Assembly (NCBI RefSeq): GCF_008831285.2
Contig: NC_045138.2
Location: 43,772,001 to 43,836,000, forward strand
Source: Nymphaea colorata
Lineage: Eukaryota
Length of the DNA: 64,000 nt
Reading direction: 5' to 3'
This document shows, piece after piece, positions 50,001 through 61,843 of the stretch. Under the pieces are notes generated by a model that was not told where the DNA came from, ran no database searches, and saw only the letters and a list, made by a program, of their open reading frames with translations. Position 1 is the stretch's first letter. Every line of letters begins with the position of its first letter. A program made the translations under genes and the position numbers.

Positions 50001-51223
50001 CTAACTTTTGGTATTTTAAAAACTTTTGAATTAAAATTTTGATCAATATTCCCAACACATTTGATTTCAAGAGGAGTTCCATCGGCGGTTTTAACAAATG
50101 GGCACGATTCTTCCTTAGTGCATTCGGTAAGCAAAGAATTACAAGGGGTTATATGAAATGAAGCTCCGGAATCAAGAATCCAAGAGTACTTACTTGATGA
50201 TGTAGATGCCACGGTTGCTCCGGAGATTGGAGAAGTCCCTCCTCCTTTGAAAAGCGGTTGAAGAGCATCAATAAGCTTTGGTTGGAGGGCACTTACAAGT
50301 TTGTCTAGGTCAAATCGATTGCTTTCTTCATACATTATCCCAGCCACACTTGTCTTTTTATCAAATCTCCTCAATTTAGGACATCTAAGTTTGGTATGTC
50401 CTTCTTCTTGACAATGGAAACATATAATCTTCTTGTTGCCATTATTGCTATGCTCATAGTTTCGATTAAAGTGAGGAGGCCTATAAGTTCTCATATGAGC
50501 ACCGGGTCTTGAGGTAGCAAGAACACTTTCACTCTTGTCTTTTGAAAAATTGAGTCTATTTTCCTCCATTTGAAGTTCCGCTATGGCTTCGTTCATGGAT
50601 GGCACTTTATGCCTATGGAGCAAGGAAGTTTTGACTCCATCATATTCCGATCTAAGACCAAGAATGAATTTATAAAATTTCTCCCTTTGGATTTGTTTTT
50701 CTCTAACTCCAATGTCTCTTGGATCATACCATTCGGGTTCAAATAGAGCAAGTTCGTCCCATAATTGCTCCATTTCTCCAACGTATTCTTTAATGGACTT
50801 GTCTCCTTGTTGGAGACTTGCAATCTTCATTTGAAGATTGCACATGTAGGCCACATCCTTCATAGTGTGGGTTTTCTTGAGAAATTCCCAAGCTTCATGA
50901 GCAAAATTATGTTTTGCTATTTGGCCCATGGTTGTAGTATCAACACAAGCAATAATCCAAGTGATAATCTTGTGGTGTCCTATCTTCCACTCTTCCCATT
51001 TTCTCTCATATTCATTCATAGCCTTGTCTTTTTCAACTCCATCTAGTTCTTGAGCTTTACCATCTATGGTCTTGGTGAGGACTAATTGAGGTTCACTTTT
51101 TGACCCATCAACGAGTCCCCATAGGCCTTTACTTCTAATAAAATGTTCCATAGTTTTTGCCCTAGAAACATAATTTGATAAAGTTAATTTGGGAAGAGGA
51201 GTAGAGGAAGTTCTTTCATCCAT
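47090..51223 (-). CDS. Copia E gag-pol polyprotein, uninterrupted (likely start MDERTSS, 1377 aa)
   Basis: CFHCQEEGHTKLRC, LDSGAS, WHQRLGH..CDDC, HSDVWG/RSDSGGEF/ERK, YVDD, DADWGG/EAEY/CDN/DFFTK all in one frame. Confidence 0.96.
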   Translation of the reverse strand: MDERTSSTPLPKLTLSNYVSRAKTMEHFIRSKGLWGLVDGSKSEPQLVLTKTIDGKAQELDGVEKDKAMNEYERKWEEWKIGHHKIITWIIACVDTTTMGQIAKHNFAHEAWEFLKKTHTMKDVAYMCNLQMKIASLQQGDKSIKEYVGEMEQLWDELALFEPEWYDPRDIGVREKQIQREKFYKFILGLRSEYDGVKTSLLHRHKVPSMNEAIAELQMEENRLNFSKDKSESVLATSRPGAHMRTYRPPHFNRNYEHSNNGNKKIICFHCQEEGHTKLRCPKLRRFDKKTSVAGIMYEESNRFDLDKLVSALQPKLIDALQPLFKGGGTSPISGATVASTSSSKYSWILDSGASFHITPCNSLLTECTKEESCPFVKTADGTPLEIKCVGNIDQNFNSKVFKIPKVRFIPKLNLNLLSVSQITNHGCDIVFSQNKFLIQDHLSKKTIGEGSRKNDLYYVDYLDLSNPTCNIVKKSDIQVWHQRLGHSSLGKMSCIPFLEEKCKEMISCDDCIKAKIKALPFGNRNFVAKAPFELVHSDVWGPAPIMSKGGLVYYVIFVDDYSRYAWVYFLKRKSEVFMNFKNFYNMIKTQFDANLKIFRSDSGGEFISNEFEEFLKEKGVIHQKSCPKTPQQNGVAERKHRHILETTRALLISKNVPKNFWAEAILTSIYLINRMSSKVLENISPFQKLFNLEPTYKRFKVFGCKCFILNDKNDKLSSRAIQCVFIGYSETQKGYRCYDIEKDKVYVSRNVIFLEEENGFNENKPKHEDDYSFLWINDDDVDNDDDVLPSSHNDAQNEVENTLFDRSSPRSDGSPREVIVYKRRSQQNIQESQPTLRRSQRDSHPPQKFVSYESFSPKHRACLLAIHSHVEPSSYLEAKTNPHWIEAMNNELRALEDNKTWDIVSLPIGKRTIGCRWVYKVKTRSDGSLEMYKARLVAKGYAQEYGIDYEETFAPVARMTSVRALIAIASIKQWFIYQLDVKNAFLNGYLNEEVYMDSPPGLDLLQGKVLYLRKALYGLKQAPKAWFDMFSNVMFKQGFKSCYSDTAMFVKNTAIGIIVLLLYVDDMIITGNDANRIMQVKDFLKNEFEMTDLGKLTYFLGIEVAYSRRGYLLSQMKFVNDIISRSGITDDKVVDTPEALGVKMKIDDGKILENPTPFRQLVGALTYLSITRPDISHAVHVISQFQQSLTSVHMGAALRIVRYVKHTITKGLFLSSSSNLNMIAYTDADWGGDPNNRHSTTGLCVFLGDSLISWRCKKQNKVSLSSTEAEYRAMATTTMEIVWLKSLLKDIGIDLNEATKLCCDNKSAIYIASNHTFHERTKHIEMDCHYVREEYLSRTIDISFVPSEYQLGDFFTKALASARFQFLLGKLSMITP

Positions 51224-52378
51224 AATGTGTACCTTGTAAAGGAGACGTTGAGGTAGTGCTAGGATGAAAAACAGCCACACAAAAATGAAGCTTTCGACGC
51301 GTCAAAGACTGCCACAATCTTCACCACCAAGGGAGCTTTATCCCGTCACAAATATCACCAAAAGAAGCCAGCAAAATAACAGCACCTTCTTGTGTCAAAT
51401 TTCAGCCAACAATATATCGAACACTTGGAGTGCTTCACAGCTCCAAGGAAAGAGTAATAACTGGATCTTCAAGCTGTCCTCTAAGCTTGAAAGACAGCAA
51501 CGCAAAGAGCCAAAACGAGGCTCTGATACCATGTAAATCAGGCCTGATCTTGAGAATACAAATGCTTCAAGAGATACACTCTTGAAGATCCCAACAACTT
51601 CAATAGGTAATACACAACCAAACCTCAAACTTGAGGAGAAGATACCAAATCTATTAATCTCAATAGAAGAATACACAAGAGAGGCCTAAAAGCCTTAACC
51701 AAACAAGGGACAACAGTCCCATATATATAGTACAATGAAAGGGAGAGAAGAAGGAGGAGTTGGCTGTTGGGCCAGCTCCAACGGCTAGAAATCTAGCCGT
51801 TGGAAGCTGGTCCAACAGCTAGTTCCCTTTTACAAAAAGGAAAAGGTAAAAATAGAAAAAGAAAAGAAAATAAAAAGTACATAAAAAAGAAAAGGAAGCA
51901 AATAAAATAAAATACATAACACCTATGCATACATAGATATTCATATATACAAATCATATATGAAACATATGTATACTTACATAATGTCTAATATTTAAAT
52001 TCTAACAAGCTATGCCCATTGATCCACTTGATGCCTCTGCTTGCTACGTCTTGAAAAGAATGCCAATAGAAGGCTGAGCCTTCAAAATGCAATGGATAAC
52101 TAGCAAATACAATAGTGTGTTTATATATAATAATATTCATTGGCTAAGTCACATGGACTCTTCTATTTTGCTGTCACACCCACATCGATGAGATGCAGGT
52201 GTGGCTCCGACTCGCACCTGAGCCCAGTCAACGGAAGCTAGGTGCAGTCAACTCCCGTCGGGTCCAATGTGTCCCTTTTTTGGTTCTTTTTTAATTTGTT
52301 AAAACATAAACGAAAAGGGTGTTAGGGCGCTAACTCGTTTCAGTCGAAGCCCTCATCCCTACTACCTTTGCGCATGCC

Positions 52379-53325
52379 CTATGTCACACAGGTACTTTGT
52401 TTGAGTGAGGTAACCATTTTCACAAGTGTACGAGATGGGTATGGGTATGCCCTTGGACACGGGCCGAACATGGTCAAACTAGTGTCGGGTGCGGTCAATG
52501 CTCCCACCTGTATCCATCCTTTTTTGGACTCGGTCAAAGTTGACCAAGTCCATTTTTGTCCTTTGATTAGGTTTTATTTTAAACTATCATGTTTATGCAA
52601 TGGAAATGAAGAGCCCTTGATAGACACTAAAGGGCTGTTCATTTTCTTCGTGGTTTAACTCCACCTATTCAGCTAGATTTTACAGCGAACATTAATTTTT
52701 TGGCAACTTCCTTTTCTTTAATAGAACTTTCTATCTATGTCACATAGGTACGGGTACTGGTTCAGACTATTTTCAAAAAACTTGGGTACGGGGGTATGAC
52801 TATATATATATATATATATATAACTTAAAATCAAAATTCAAACAAAATAACACATTCATGATTCAAAATTTATAGTTTCTAAAGAAGAAACTATTGAACA
52901 AAATATGAAAATACAGTTTTGTATGTGTTTTATGAGTATAAATGGTGTAAATAACAAAACTGAAATTCTAGAAATTTTGGATAGGAAAGGACTCGGTCAA
53001 CTTTGATCGAGTCCTAAATCGGATGGATACGGTCTTGGGTACGTTGACCGTATCCGGTACTGTTTGACCAGTACCCAAGAGGAACCCGGGACAGTATCAA
53101 TACCAGTACCGGTGTCGTACCTGACCGCTACGAGTACGCTGCCTTTACAGGTGACAAAGCTTTCTGTATAGTTTTGTTTGCTTAAAATCTTATTTTTGTC
53201 TATGCATAATATATATATATATATATATATACAGTGCTTACGGCCATGTCCCCGTCCCCAAATTTTTGAAAGTGCTCCGCACCCATACCCGTACTGGCAC
53301 TTGTACCTGCACCTATGTTACATAG
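52379..53325. mobile_element. hAT-type MITE, middle of the triple nest
   Basis: TIR CTATGTCACA/TGTTACATAG, TSD CGCATGCC/CCCATGCC (7 of 8). Confidence 0.78.
52735..53159. mobile_element. hAT-type MITE, innermost of the triple nest
   Basis: TIR CTATGTCAC/GTGACAAAG, TSD CTTTCTAT/CTTTCTGT (7 of 8). Confidence 0.75.
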
Positions 53326-54331
53326 CCCATGCCATGTCGTGCTCCCCCATCTGGCGATCTTCCACAACGGCGGCGGTCTTCAATCTGTTTTTTAGCGATG
53401 AGGTGTTGATTCAGCCACCATCCAACGATGAGGTCACGAGAGGCATTGCTGCACTGTGTCTCCACCCAAACCTGTCGGAAAACAGATGGATTGATGCTGA
53501 AGACTCTGAATCCACCATAACCCAACCGCCTGCCTGATTCCAGCATGAGGAATCGCTCCATCTGTTCATTTTCTTGCGGCCCCTAGTGTGCTTGTCTTTC
53601 ATTGCATCTCTTTTAAGCCAATTTTACTGCTGTTTTATACTTTCATATCGTGCCATCGTGGTATACAGCCTATATGCCTAAACAGAATACAGTTCTCAAC
53701 TTCTCATGTTCTGTACTTTGTAGTTTTTGGATCATGGTAGACACTGCTGAGTTCTGATTGCAATTGCTATTATTGCTGTATACATTTGCCTTATTAATTT
53801 TTTATTTTAGATGCTCGTTCTTGAGTATACTATAAAAGTTTCAAAGTTCAACTAACAAATATATATTGTCAGCTGTGTAGATATGCAGCCATGTGTATAT
53901 ATTTGCTACTGATATAGTGATATATTGTCAAGTTATAAACTTATGATATATAATGTAAGCTTTCGTATGTATGCATTATGCAGCCGACCAGCCGTGTTCG
54001 GTGTTGTTCTTTTGAAGTTTTTGATTTCAAATTTTCACTTTTCTGCTTCTATAAGTCTATCATTTTTTATTTGCTCGATGTTAAGATGCCAAGATGGTTG
54101 GTATGTTATATTATCAAATTACTATATATAATATATTATAGATGTTCTTACATGCTCGTATGCAATGCAATTGTGCAAGTATGTTATATTATATATATTA
54201 ATAGCTAAATTGTAATAATAATATATACATGTTCATGCGGTTATTTGTAATTACTTAATTGTCACAGAGTTTTGTTATATACATGTATGACAAAGACTGC
54301 AGGATTGTATATATATATATATTCATATCAT

Positions 54332-54365
<34 letters not shown>

Positions 54366-55321
54366 ATGAATATTTATGACAAATAGTGCAGGATTTTATA
54401 GATACATATATATATTATAATAATAAATTAATAATAATAAAAAAAATACCCTTGCCGCATTCCCGCACCTAAATTTTTTGGGATGCGCCGCTCTAGCACC
54501 TGCACCTCCACCTATTTGACATAGTTCATTGGCACTATACTACCTAAAAATACTAGACATCTGTCATATGCATTGTAATATCTGCACATTTTTTATGTCA
54601 AAACTTGATTTTTAAGGGAATCTGATTGTATGACTACATTTTGAAAGAGGGGTAAAATCGAAATTTTATCTACCAATCATGGGCAATTGGACCTAATTCA
54701 TGTTTATGAGCTTTAGAATAGGGATTTTAACTATGAACATTGCTTATAAATGCAAGATGGTACATATTAGGGTATAAAGGCAAAAATGAAATTTTTGCCT
54801 ATTGCTAAGGCGGTAAAACTGATATATATAAATATTCTGGATAAACTCAGAAAATTAGGGAAGAAAGACCAAATTGTTGAGGCAAAGTGAACCAGAAGAT
54901 TTGAAAGAATATACTTACTATACAAAAGGTTATATATATATATACACAGACACACAGATCAGGAGAGAGAGAGAGAAGCTGAAATCCTTTGGCCATTTGT
55001 CATTAGGCTGTATATGTGAGACATCCATATGGCTGGAGAATTTCAGCTTATATATATATATATATATATAATTTTGCCAGGAAGACCAAACTTCTAGGTC
55101 TTAAAAGTTAGTTAGAATTTATTGAAATTACATATTTATATACATAGCAAAAAGGGTGTATTTGGAAGTTAATACAGAAAATAAGTGACTGAACATGAGT
55201 TAAGGTTTCATATCTCATGTTATGATTATAAAGAATTTTTGGGATATTTAATTTACTCGTGTATGCAAGTCATATCATATACAACGTGTGATATGTATAT
55301 ATATGGGTTCGGTAATGGTAT

Positions 55322-57610
55322 TGTTACGTTTGATGTTTTTTTTGGTGAGCAACTGATAGATCTAAATTAGGGTTTAGATCTGAACCCTAGTTGCCTACCC
55401 ATGTTGTGAAGAACCCAATGGCTTGAGGTTTCCTCTCAACATCTCAAGGGAGGCAGAGGAGAAGAAGAAGTGCAGTGAAGAGGAGGCGGAATTAAGTAAG
55501 GGTGGAGGATGAACAGAGAATGAACCAGGAGGGGGGGAGGAGGCAGTTGGTTCCTCTTTGCTCTCTCCTCGCCCAAACTCTTCACTCTCAATCTCTCTCT
55601 TGCCTGACACCCACTTACACTCTCCCTGGCTCTCTCTCTCTCTTTCTATCCTCGTTTTTTTTATCCCCCTCTCAACTGAGAAATCTCTCCCACTCTCTCC
55701 TGCTAACCCTCACTCTCATCCGTGTTCCTTCTCTAGTTCACTCCCCCTCTCGTCTGATCCCTTTCTCCCTTGTCTTCTCCCTTGAGCTCTCCCTCGTTCT
55801 CACTCTCTCTTGCACACTTCCTTGCTCAATCTTCTTTCTTTCTCCCTTTTCTTTAGCCTATGCTCTCTCGCAGGCACACACTCACACTGCTCACTCACTC
55901 TCTCGCAGGCACACACTCACACTGCTCACTCACTCTCTCACAGACCCTCAATGCTCACTTGAATGCCCATGCTCGCCCTCAGCTACCTCTATCTCTCTTA
56001 ATTTGCTCTCAGTTCTCACTCTCATTGGGTGCAGTTTTGGGATTGGCAGTTTGGGGGAAAATCGATTTTTCTCTCTTCTCGAAGCTGCTGGTTTGGGTGT
56101 TGGAATGCAGTTGATTGGGGACATCAGCCACAGACCGTTCTTGGCATTTGTTAACTAGAGAAGCTCTTTGGTTGGCTGCCTTGGACACCTACATTTAGTT
56201 AGAGCACCGTAGAGGGGTGAGCAAGGTTGCACAAGCTTAATTTATTGGATATTTGCCCTAAGAATCTGGATAGTTACCTTTTCAGCATGTCGGACTTAGA
56301 TTTAAATTGTTTAGGGTGCATGATAGAGATTTTTATAACGTTATGGAGGTTTAGGACTGTTTTAGGCTTTAGCGAGTTGTTGATCTATGCGATCTTTAGT
56401 TGGATATTGTATGGGGAGGAAGTACTTAAGTTGGCTTGCATGTTAAATTTACGGTTTGATATAAGACAGAACGTACAAGTTATTAGGATTCAGACATGCA
56501 TTAGGGTGCTAAAGAAATGCTCTTTTTTGGTTGATTTGATCAGTAGTACACTCTTTCTAGTGAACTATTGTTGCGTCATCATTGGAATATTGGATTGTTA
56601 ATGGGGAAGCATAAGTGTAATGGTGATGCCTCAACAAGTTGTTAGCCATCTAGATTGGGTTTCTAATTAATTGATGTTGTGCTTAGTAATGTATTTGAGA
56701 AGATTCATGCTTAGGGACCCCAATTGTGTGGTTCCCTAGTCGCTTGGAGCTAGCAAGTGAGAGGTGTGAACTTTGGTTTATAATATGAGGGTGTACTTGC
56801 AGTCAATGAAATGATGGTAAGATTATGTTTGATGTTAAGTGTGCGAAGACTCTTATGAAAATGCGTTTGTTAGGCAAAATGAACCCCATGTGTTTTTTTG
56901 TCACATGGCAACTCGTACCTGCCAGTAACATAGTGTTAACCGTCGAGTCAGAACTATACTTGGGAATTCCTTTTGACCCTAACTAAAACGTGAGTTGATA
57001 AGTATGCAACTAATGGACTGAATGAGAGACTTGGGGTTTTGATCGGTCTGTCACGACCTCGTAAGTATGGAAAAAATTTGAAGAACGGTTTTACAAGCAG
57101 ATGCAATCTCTTGGCACTTTCTAGAATTGATAACCTTCGACTTCATACCCGTAATTCCTATGTAAATAGATTTTTAAGGGCGTAGTATGTGTGGGGAACT
57201 TAAGGCTTTAAGTTTTTGCAAGTGGACCAGGAGCATCGAGTAGACCCTGTGCGACATGATCCAATGCTTGAAGTATTTTTGGTTTTTGTAGAGGCACGCA
57301 TTAGGTATCACGACATTTCGAGTAAATCCCTGCCTGGGGCCAAATATGAATTATCTTTTGTATTCCCAAGCGTGGGCTATCAGGGTCATGGGATCATATG
57401 AACGCCCTCTTGTTTGAATAATGTGTGAATCAACATACTCATTGACAAATGAATGAATGTGTAAGATTGATTGACCATCTTTAGTTATTACGCGATGTCA
57501 TGTGCATGCTAAAACCGTAACTGCTTAAGACAACTTAGGTGGGGTATCGAGTCAAGTACCTCCTTGACCCTGATTGTGCATTAGTGAACATCCTAACATG
57601 ATAACATTCT
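55322..57610 (+). mobile_element. Truncated, diverged Tekay-like LTR in sense orientation
   Basis: Begins TGTTACG, has a CT-rich tract and GGGGTGAGC, and is reverse-complementary to 58120-62313 and to the solo-LTR family. Confidence 0.7.
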
Positions 57611-59176
57611 GTAGTGATAGAGCAATCTGTCAAGGAAGAGTTTATTTCAAAGAGGGCTGTTCGGCCTTCCCTAAGACACCCAGGTTGAGAAGGCGGGAAA
57701 CGCACCAAGCACAATAGACAACGATAACTTAGGACCTTGCACCGCCTGCACTCCGAGCGCGAGAGCAGAATGTATCCCAAACATAATGCCATAACTTCTG
57801 GCCTCAATTCAATTAAATCTCTCTTAATTTAGTAATATGAACACATCACTTTGTGATTGGCAAGAACACAAGGTTGGTTCACACTTTGTGAGTATAACTA
57901 GACCCCATACGACCTTTATAAGAAGGCCATACAATCGGTCAACACCCTTGGCTAGCCAAACCACACTAATAGAGTACGTCAATTCGTTTAGTTCATTCAA
58001 ACACATCATTTCATAATTGTAATGTAAACAAAATCTCATAACAATCAATCCATGCTAAAACTTAATCAAACCATAGAGAATAGTTTCGATCTGTGGTTTT
58101 CTCATAGGTCTCCTAAGCAAATGTCATGATAGGATGCTCACTAATGCACAATCGGGGTCGAGGAGGTACTTGACGCAATACCCTACCTAAGCTGTCCTAA
58201 GCGGTTATAATTGTAGTATACATATGTCATCACAATTAATTAAAGACGGTCAATAAGTTTTGCACATTTATTCATTTGTCAAGAAAACAAGTCAATTCAT
58301 ACCTCATTCATACACAAACACATTCATATGATCCAATGATCCTTAAGTCTACTCTTGGAAATGCAAACAACAGTATATTTGGCACCAGAGAGGGATTTGC
58401 CTAGAATGCCATTATACCTGATGCGTGCTTTCACAACACCAAAAATAGTTTCGATTACTAGATCCTTAAGGTTTGCTTGCGCTTCCTGGTTCACCCGCAA
58501 TAATTCAAAACAATAAGTTTTCCACATACTATGCCTTTAAAATTTAGGCAGGAAGTAGGGCTATCAAGTTGAAGGTTGTCAATTCTAGAGTGTCAAGAGA
58601 TTGACTTTGCTTGTAGAACATCTCTTCAAGCTTTTTCACACAAGGTCGACACTGACCGATCTAAATCCTAAATCTCCCATTCAGCCTCTTAGTTGCATCC
58701 TGGTTGATTCATCTTCGTAGTCAAGTCTCAAATGGAAATCACAAGTGTCATTCTGATTGAACGATTTACATAGAGTTATCGACCATTACGAGTTGCTATG
58801 TGGCACACACACACACACACACACATATGTATATGTATGCATGTATGTACATGTATATATGTATATTCTTTGCGTCATGGGTCTCTTTGCTCATCTGCCA
58901 CACGTTTGCATGAGCTTTCTCCAATCTTAATTCAAACATGATATTCCCCAAATCCGTCTTTTGCTAGTACACCGTCACGTTATCAACCATGGTTCGTGAC
59001 ACTTGATCAGATTGCTAACACCCTGTTGAGGCATCAGTATTGCAATTATGTTTTTCCAATTAAAAATTCAAATGCTGATGCAACGTTAGGTTCACTAGCA
59101 AGAGCGTACATTCAATCAAATCAACTAGAAAAGGGCATTCCTTTTGCACCCTAGTGCATGTCCGAACCTTAAGGAC

Positions 59177-59944
59177 CTATGTTGCATGTACACTTTAAAA
59201 AAATGCAAAGTGTTGGTGTCCAACCATGTCCGAAATCGACACTCCATGACGCTTCATGGACATGACATTTTCAAAATGCAAAATGTCGAAAAATTGGACA
59301 CAAGTGTCCATTTTTAAACACGTGTCTAAAACTGGAGACTTATCATCTAAGAAGTGTGACACTTCTTGTAGATCAATATATGTGCATGACACCTCAACTT
59401 TTTTTGTAAAACCCTAAAAAAATATTGAACATTTTTTGATACTTCATTCAACGTCTGGCCTTTGACACTCCATCCAAAGGTTCCAGCATTAGCCACCAGC
59501 CGGTTTCCAATGGCACATCGCTAACATCCTTTGCCCGTCATTCTTCGAGTCTTCCATCATCACTTTTTTCTTTTGGGCTCTTTCTTTCCCTCTATGCAAT
59601 GCCCCTCTCTCTCCCTTTCCCTCTCTTGATCTCTCACAGAACCTTACGGTTCTAGTCTTAAAAGTTAAAAACTTAAAAGTTAAAACTGACATTGACTTGA
59701 CAGATGGGCTTTTTTAACTTGTATTCTTTATATTATTCTATTGTTCCATCCACCGTATTAAAAATTTAAAAGTAAGAAATAGTAGTAAAGTTCAAGGCTG
59801 CGGTCTGTGGACCACCGCAACACTTAAATATATATGCACTTTATATGTTTTTGTGCAATTTTGTAAGTGATCAAGAATCATATGTGCACTTTATATGTTT
59901 CAAATTAGAAAAATTAATTTTTGCTTGCAGAATTTATTATTATT

Positions 59945-60013
<69 letters not shown>

Positions 60014-60368
60014 ATTCATAGTCACAAAAAACGCGTTTTTTGAACAAAAAAAAACGCGAGAAAATGAAATGCCGTTTTAAACTTCAAAAAACATTTTTTG
60101 AAAAAAAGGTTGAAAATGAAACAAACGTGTTTTTAACACATTTTTTGCTTTTTTTCATTTTTTTAATGCCATTTTTTTTTTCATTTTCTATTTTTTATTT
60201 GTTGCAAATCTACTTATCTTTTGATGTTTGTGTTATCTCACTTATTTTATTTTTCCTCAATTTTTAGTTTTTTTATTTTTGTGCAATTTTGTAAGTGATC
60301 AAGAATCATATGTGCACTTTATATGTTTCAAATTAGAAAAATTAATTTTTGCTTGCAGAATTTATTAT

Positions 60369-60435
<67 letters not shown>

Positions 60436-60797
60436 ATTCATAGTCACAAAAAACGCGTTTTTCGAACAAAAAAAAACGCGAGAAAATGAAATGCCGTTTT
60501 AAACTTCAAAAAACATTTTTTGAAAAAAAGGTTGAAAATGAAACAAACGTGTTTTTAACACATTTTTTGCTTTTTTTCATTTTTTTAATGCCATTTTCTT
60601 TTCATTTTCTATTTTTTATTTGTTGCAAATCTACTTATCTTTTGATGTTTGTGTTATCTCACTTATTTTATTTTTCCTCAATTTTTAGTTTTTTTATTTT
60701 TTTTAAAATACCATTTTTTCCCCTTTTTTCAAGTCCGTCGTATTGTACCCGAGAAAAGCCTCGCCGTTTAGAACTCCGAGACGTTGTTTGTGACTAT

Positions 60798-60831
<34 letters not shown>

Positions 60832-60923
60832 TGTCCAAGTGTCCAATTTTTTGGGGCTTGCTGTGTCAGACACTTGTATTTGTGTCCGACACTGACACCC
60901 GTATCCGTATCCATACAACATAG
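59177..60923. mobile_element. hAT-type MITE containing a smaller CATAGTCACA/TGTGACTATG element
   Basis: TIR CTATGTTGCATG/CATACAACATAG, degenerate TSD TTAAGGAC/CTAATGAC. Confidence 0.65.
59848..60700. repeat. Near-perfect tandem duplication, ~425-bp unit, each with (CT)n(AT)n
   Basis: GTGCAATTTTGTAAGTGATCAAG at 59853 and 60281. Confidence 0.92.
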
Positions 60924-61732
60924 CTAATGACTTGTATGCTCTATCTTCTATCAAACTGTATATTTAGTGTGCAAATCCTTGTAAGTTCTCCTTTTCCACA
61001 AGCAACGTAGTATTCATATCAAAGATAGCATGCATCAAACGTCTACTAATACAGTCCTAAATCTTCCCTAATATAATTGAATCGCTACCATGCTCCCTCA
61101 ATGCTTCAAATGTTAATCCATCATGCCAAAGAGATAAGTATCAACATCTTTAGGGCAAATCCATAAAATTTAGGTTCGTTGGTCGTGCTCACCCCTCTTA
61201 ACGGTGCTCTAGCTGATGTACATGTTCCCGTTCCCGGCCGCCACCCAAGTGTCCTTTCATTCACCAATCGTCATGATAACCTGCTGTCAACGCCCCAAAC
61301 CTGCTGCACTCCAACACCTAAACGAACATCCCAAGGGATGGAAAAATCAATTTTCCACATGTCTGGCGCCATCCAAACACAAGGTCGAGATAGAATAAAT
61401 AAAGGAAATACAAACGAAACAAGGGACATCAGTGAGAGACATGAGGGTGCGAGTGCAAGTTCAATGAAGGCGTGAGATGGAGACGGTGAGCAGGCGAGAG
61501 AGATCAAAAGGGCAAGGGAGAGAACCTGAAGAGAGGGGGAGAGAGTGAAGCCGGACGAGAGGGAGACGGAACTAAAGAGTGAGTGAGAGTGCGTGAATGA
61601 TAAGGCAGACTAGAGAGAGCAGAGCACGAGTGCAGGAAGAGAGAGACAAAGTTTAGTAGAAAGGGGCACGTGAGAGACCAGAAGAGAGAGAGTGGGAGGG
61701 AGTGTGAGAGAGAGAGAGAGAGAGACCAAGGC

Positions 61733-61763
<31 letters not shown>

Positions 61764-61810
61764 AAGGCAGAGTGGGAGAGAACATTTGGTTGAGAGGGAG
61801 AGACCAGGAC

Positions 61811-61843
<33 letters not shown>

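Larger units (their letters stand above)
46601..52007 (-). mobile_element. Intact young Ty1/copia element (E)
   Basis: 476-bp LTRs (46601-47076, 51532-52007) identical by eye, TSD AGCTA, PBS 51520-51531, PPT adjacent to 47076. Confidence 0.97.
46309..52135 (-). mobile_element. Relic terminal part of an older Tekay-like LTR, interrupted by copia E
   Basis: Starts TGTCACACCCC. Sequence after copia E (TGAAAAG...GAAGGCTGAGCCTTC) matches positions ~680-712 of solo LTR copy 1. Confidence 0.6.
52144..54524. mobile_element. hAT-type MITE, outermost of a triple nest
   Basis: TIR CTAAGTCACA/TTTGACATAG, perfect TSD TTCATTGG (52136-52143, 54525-54532). Confidence 0.8.

Noticed and set aside
55502..56158. 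Long Leu/Ser-rich ORFs (also 2685-3131, 14691-15131, 61504-62038) and ERER/IYIY ORFs
   Set aside because: Translations of CT/AG-rich LTR tracts and microsatellites.
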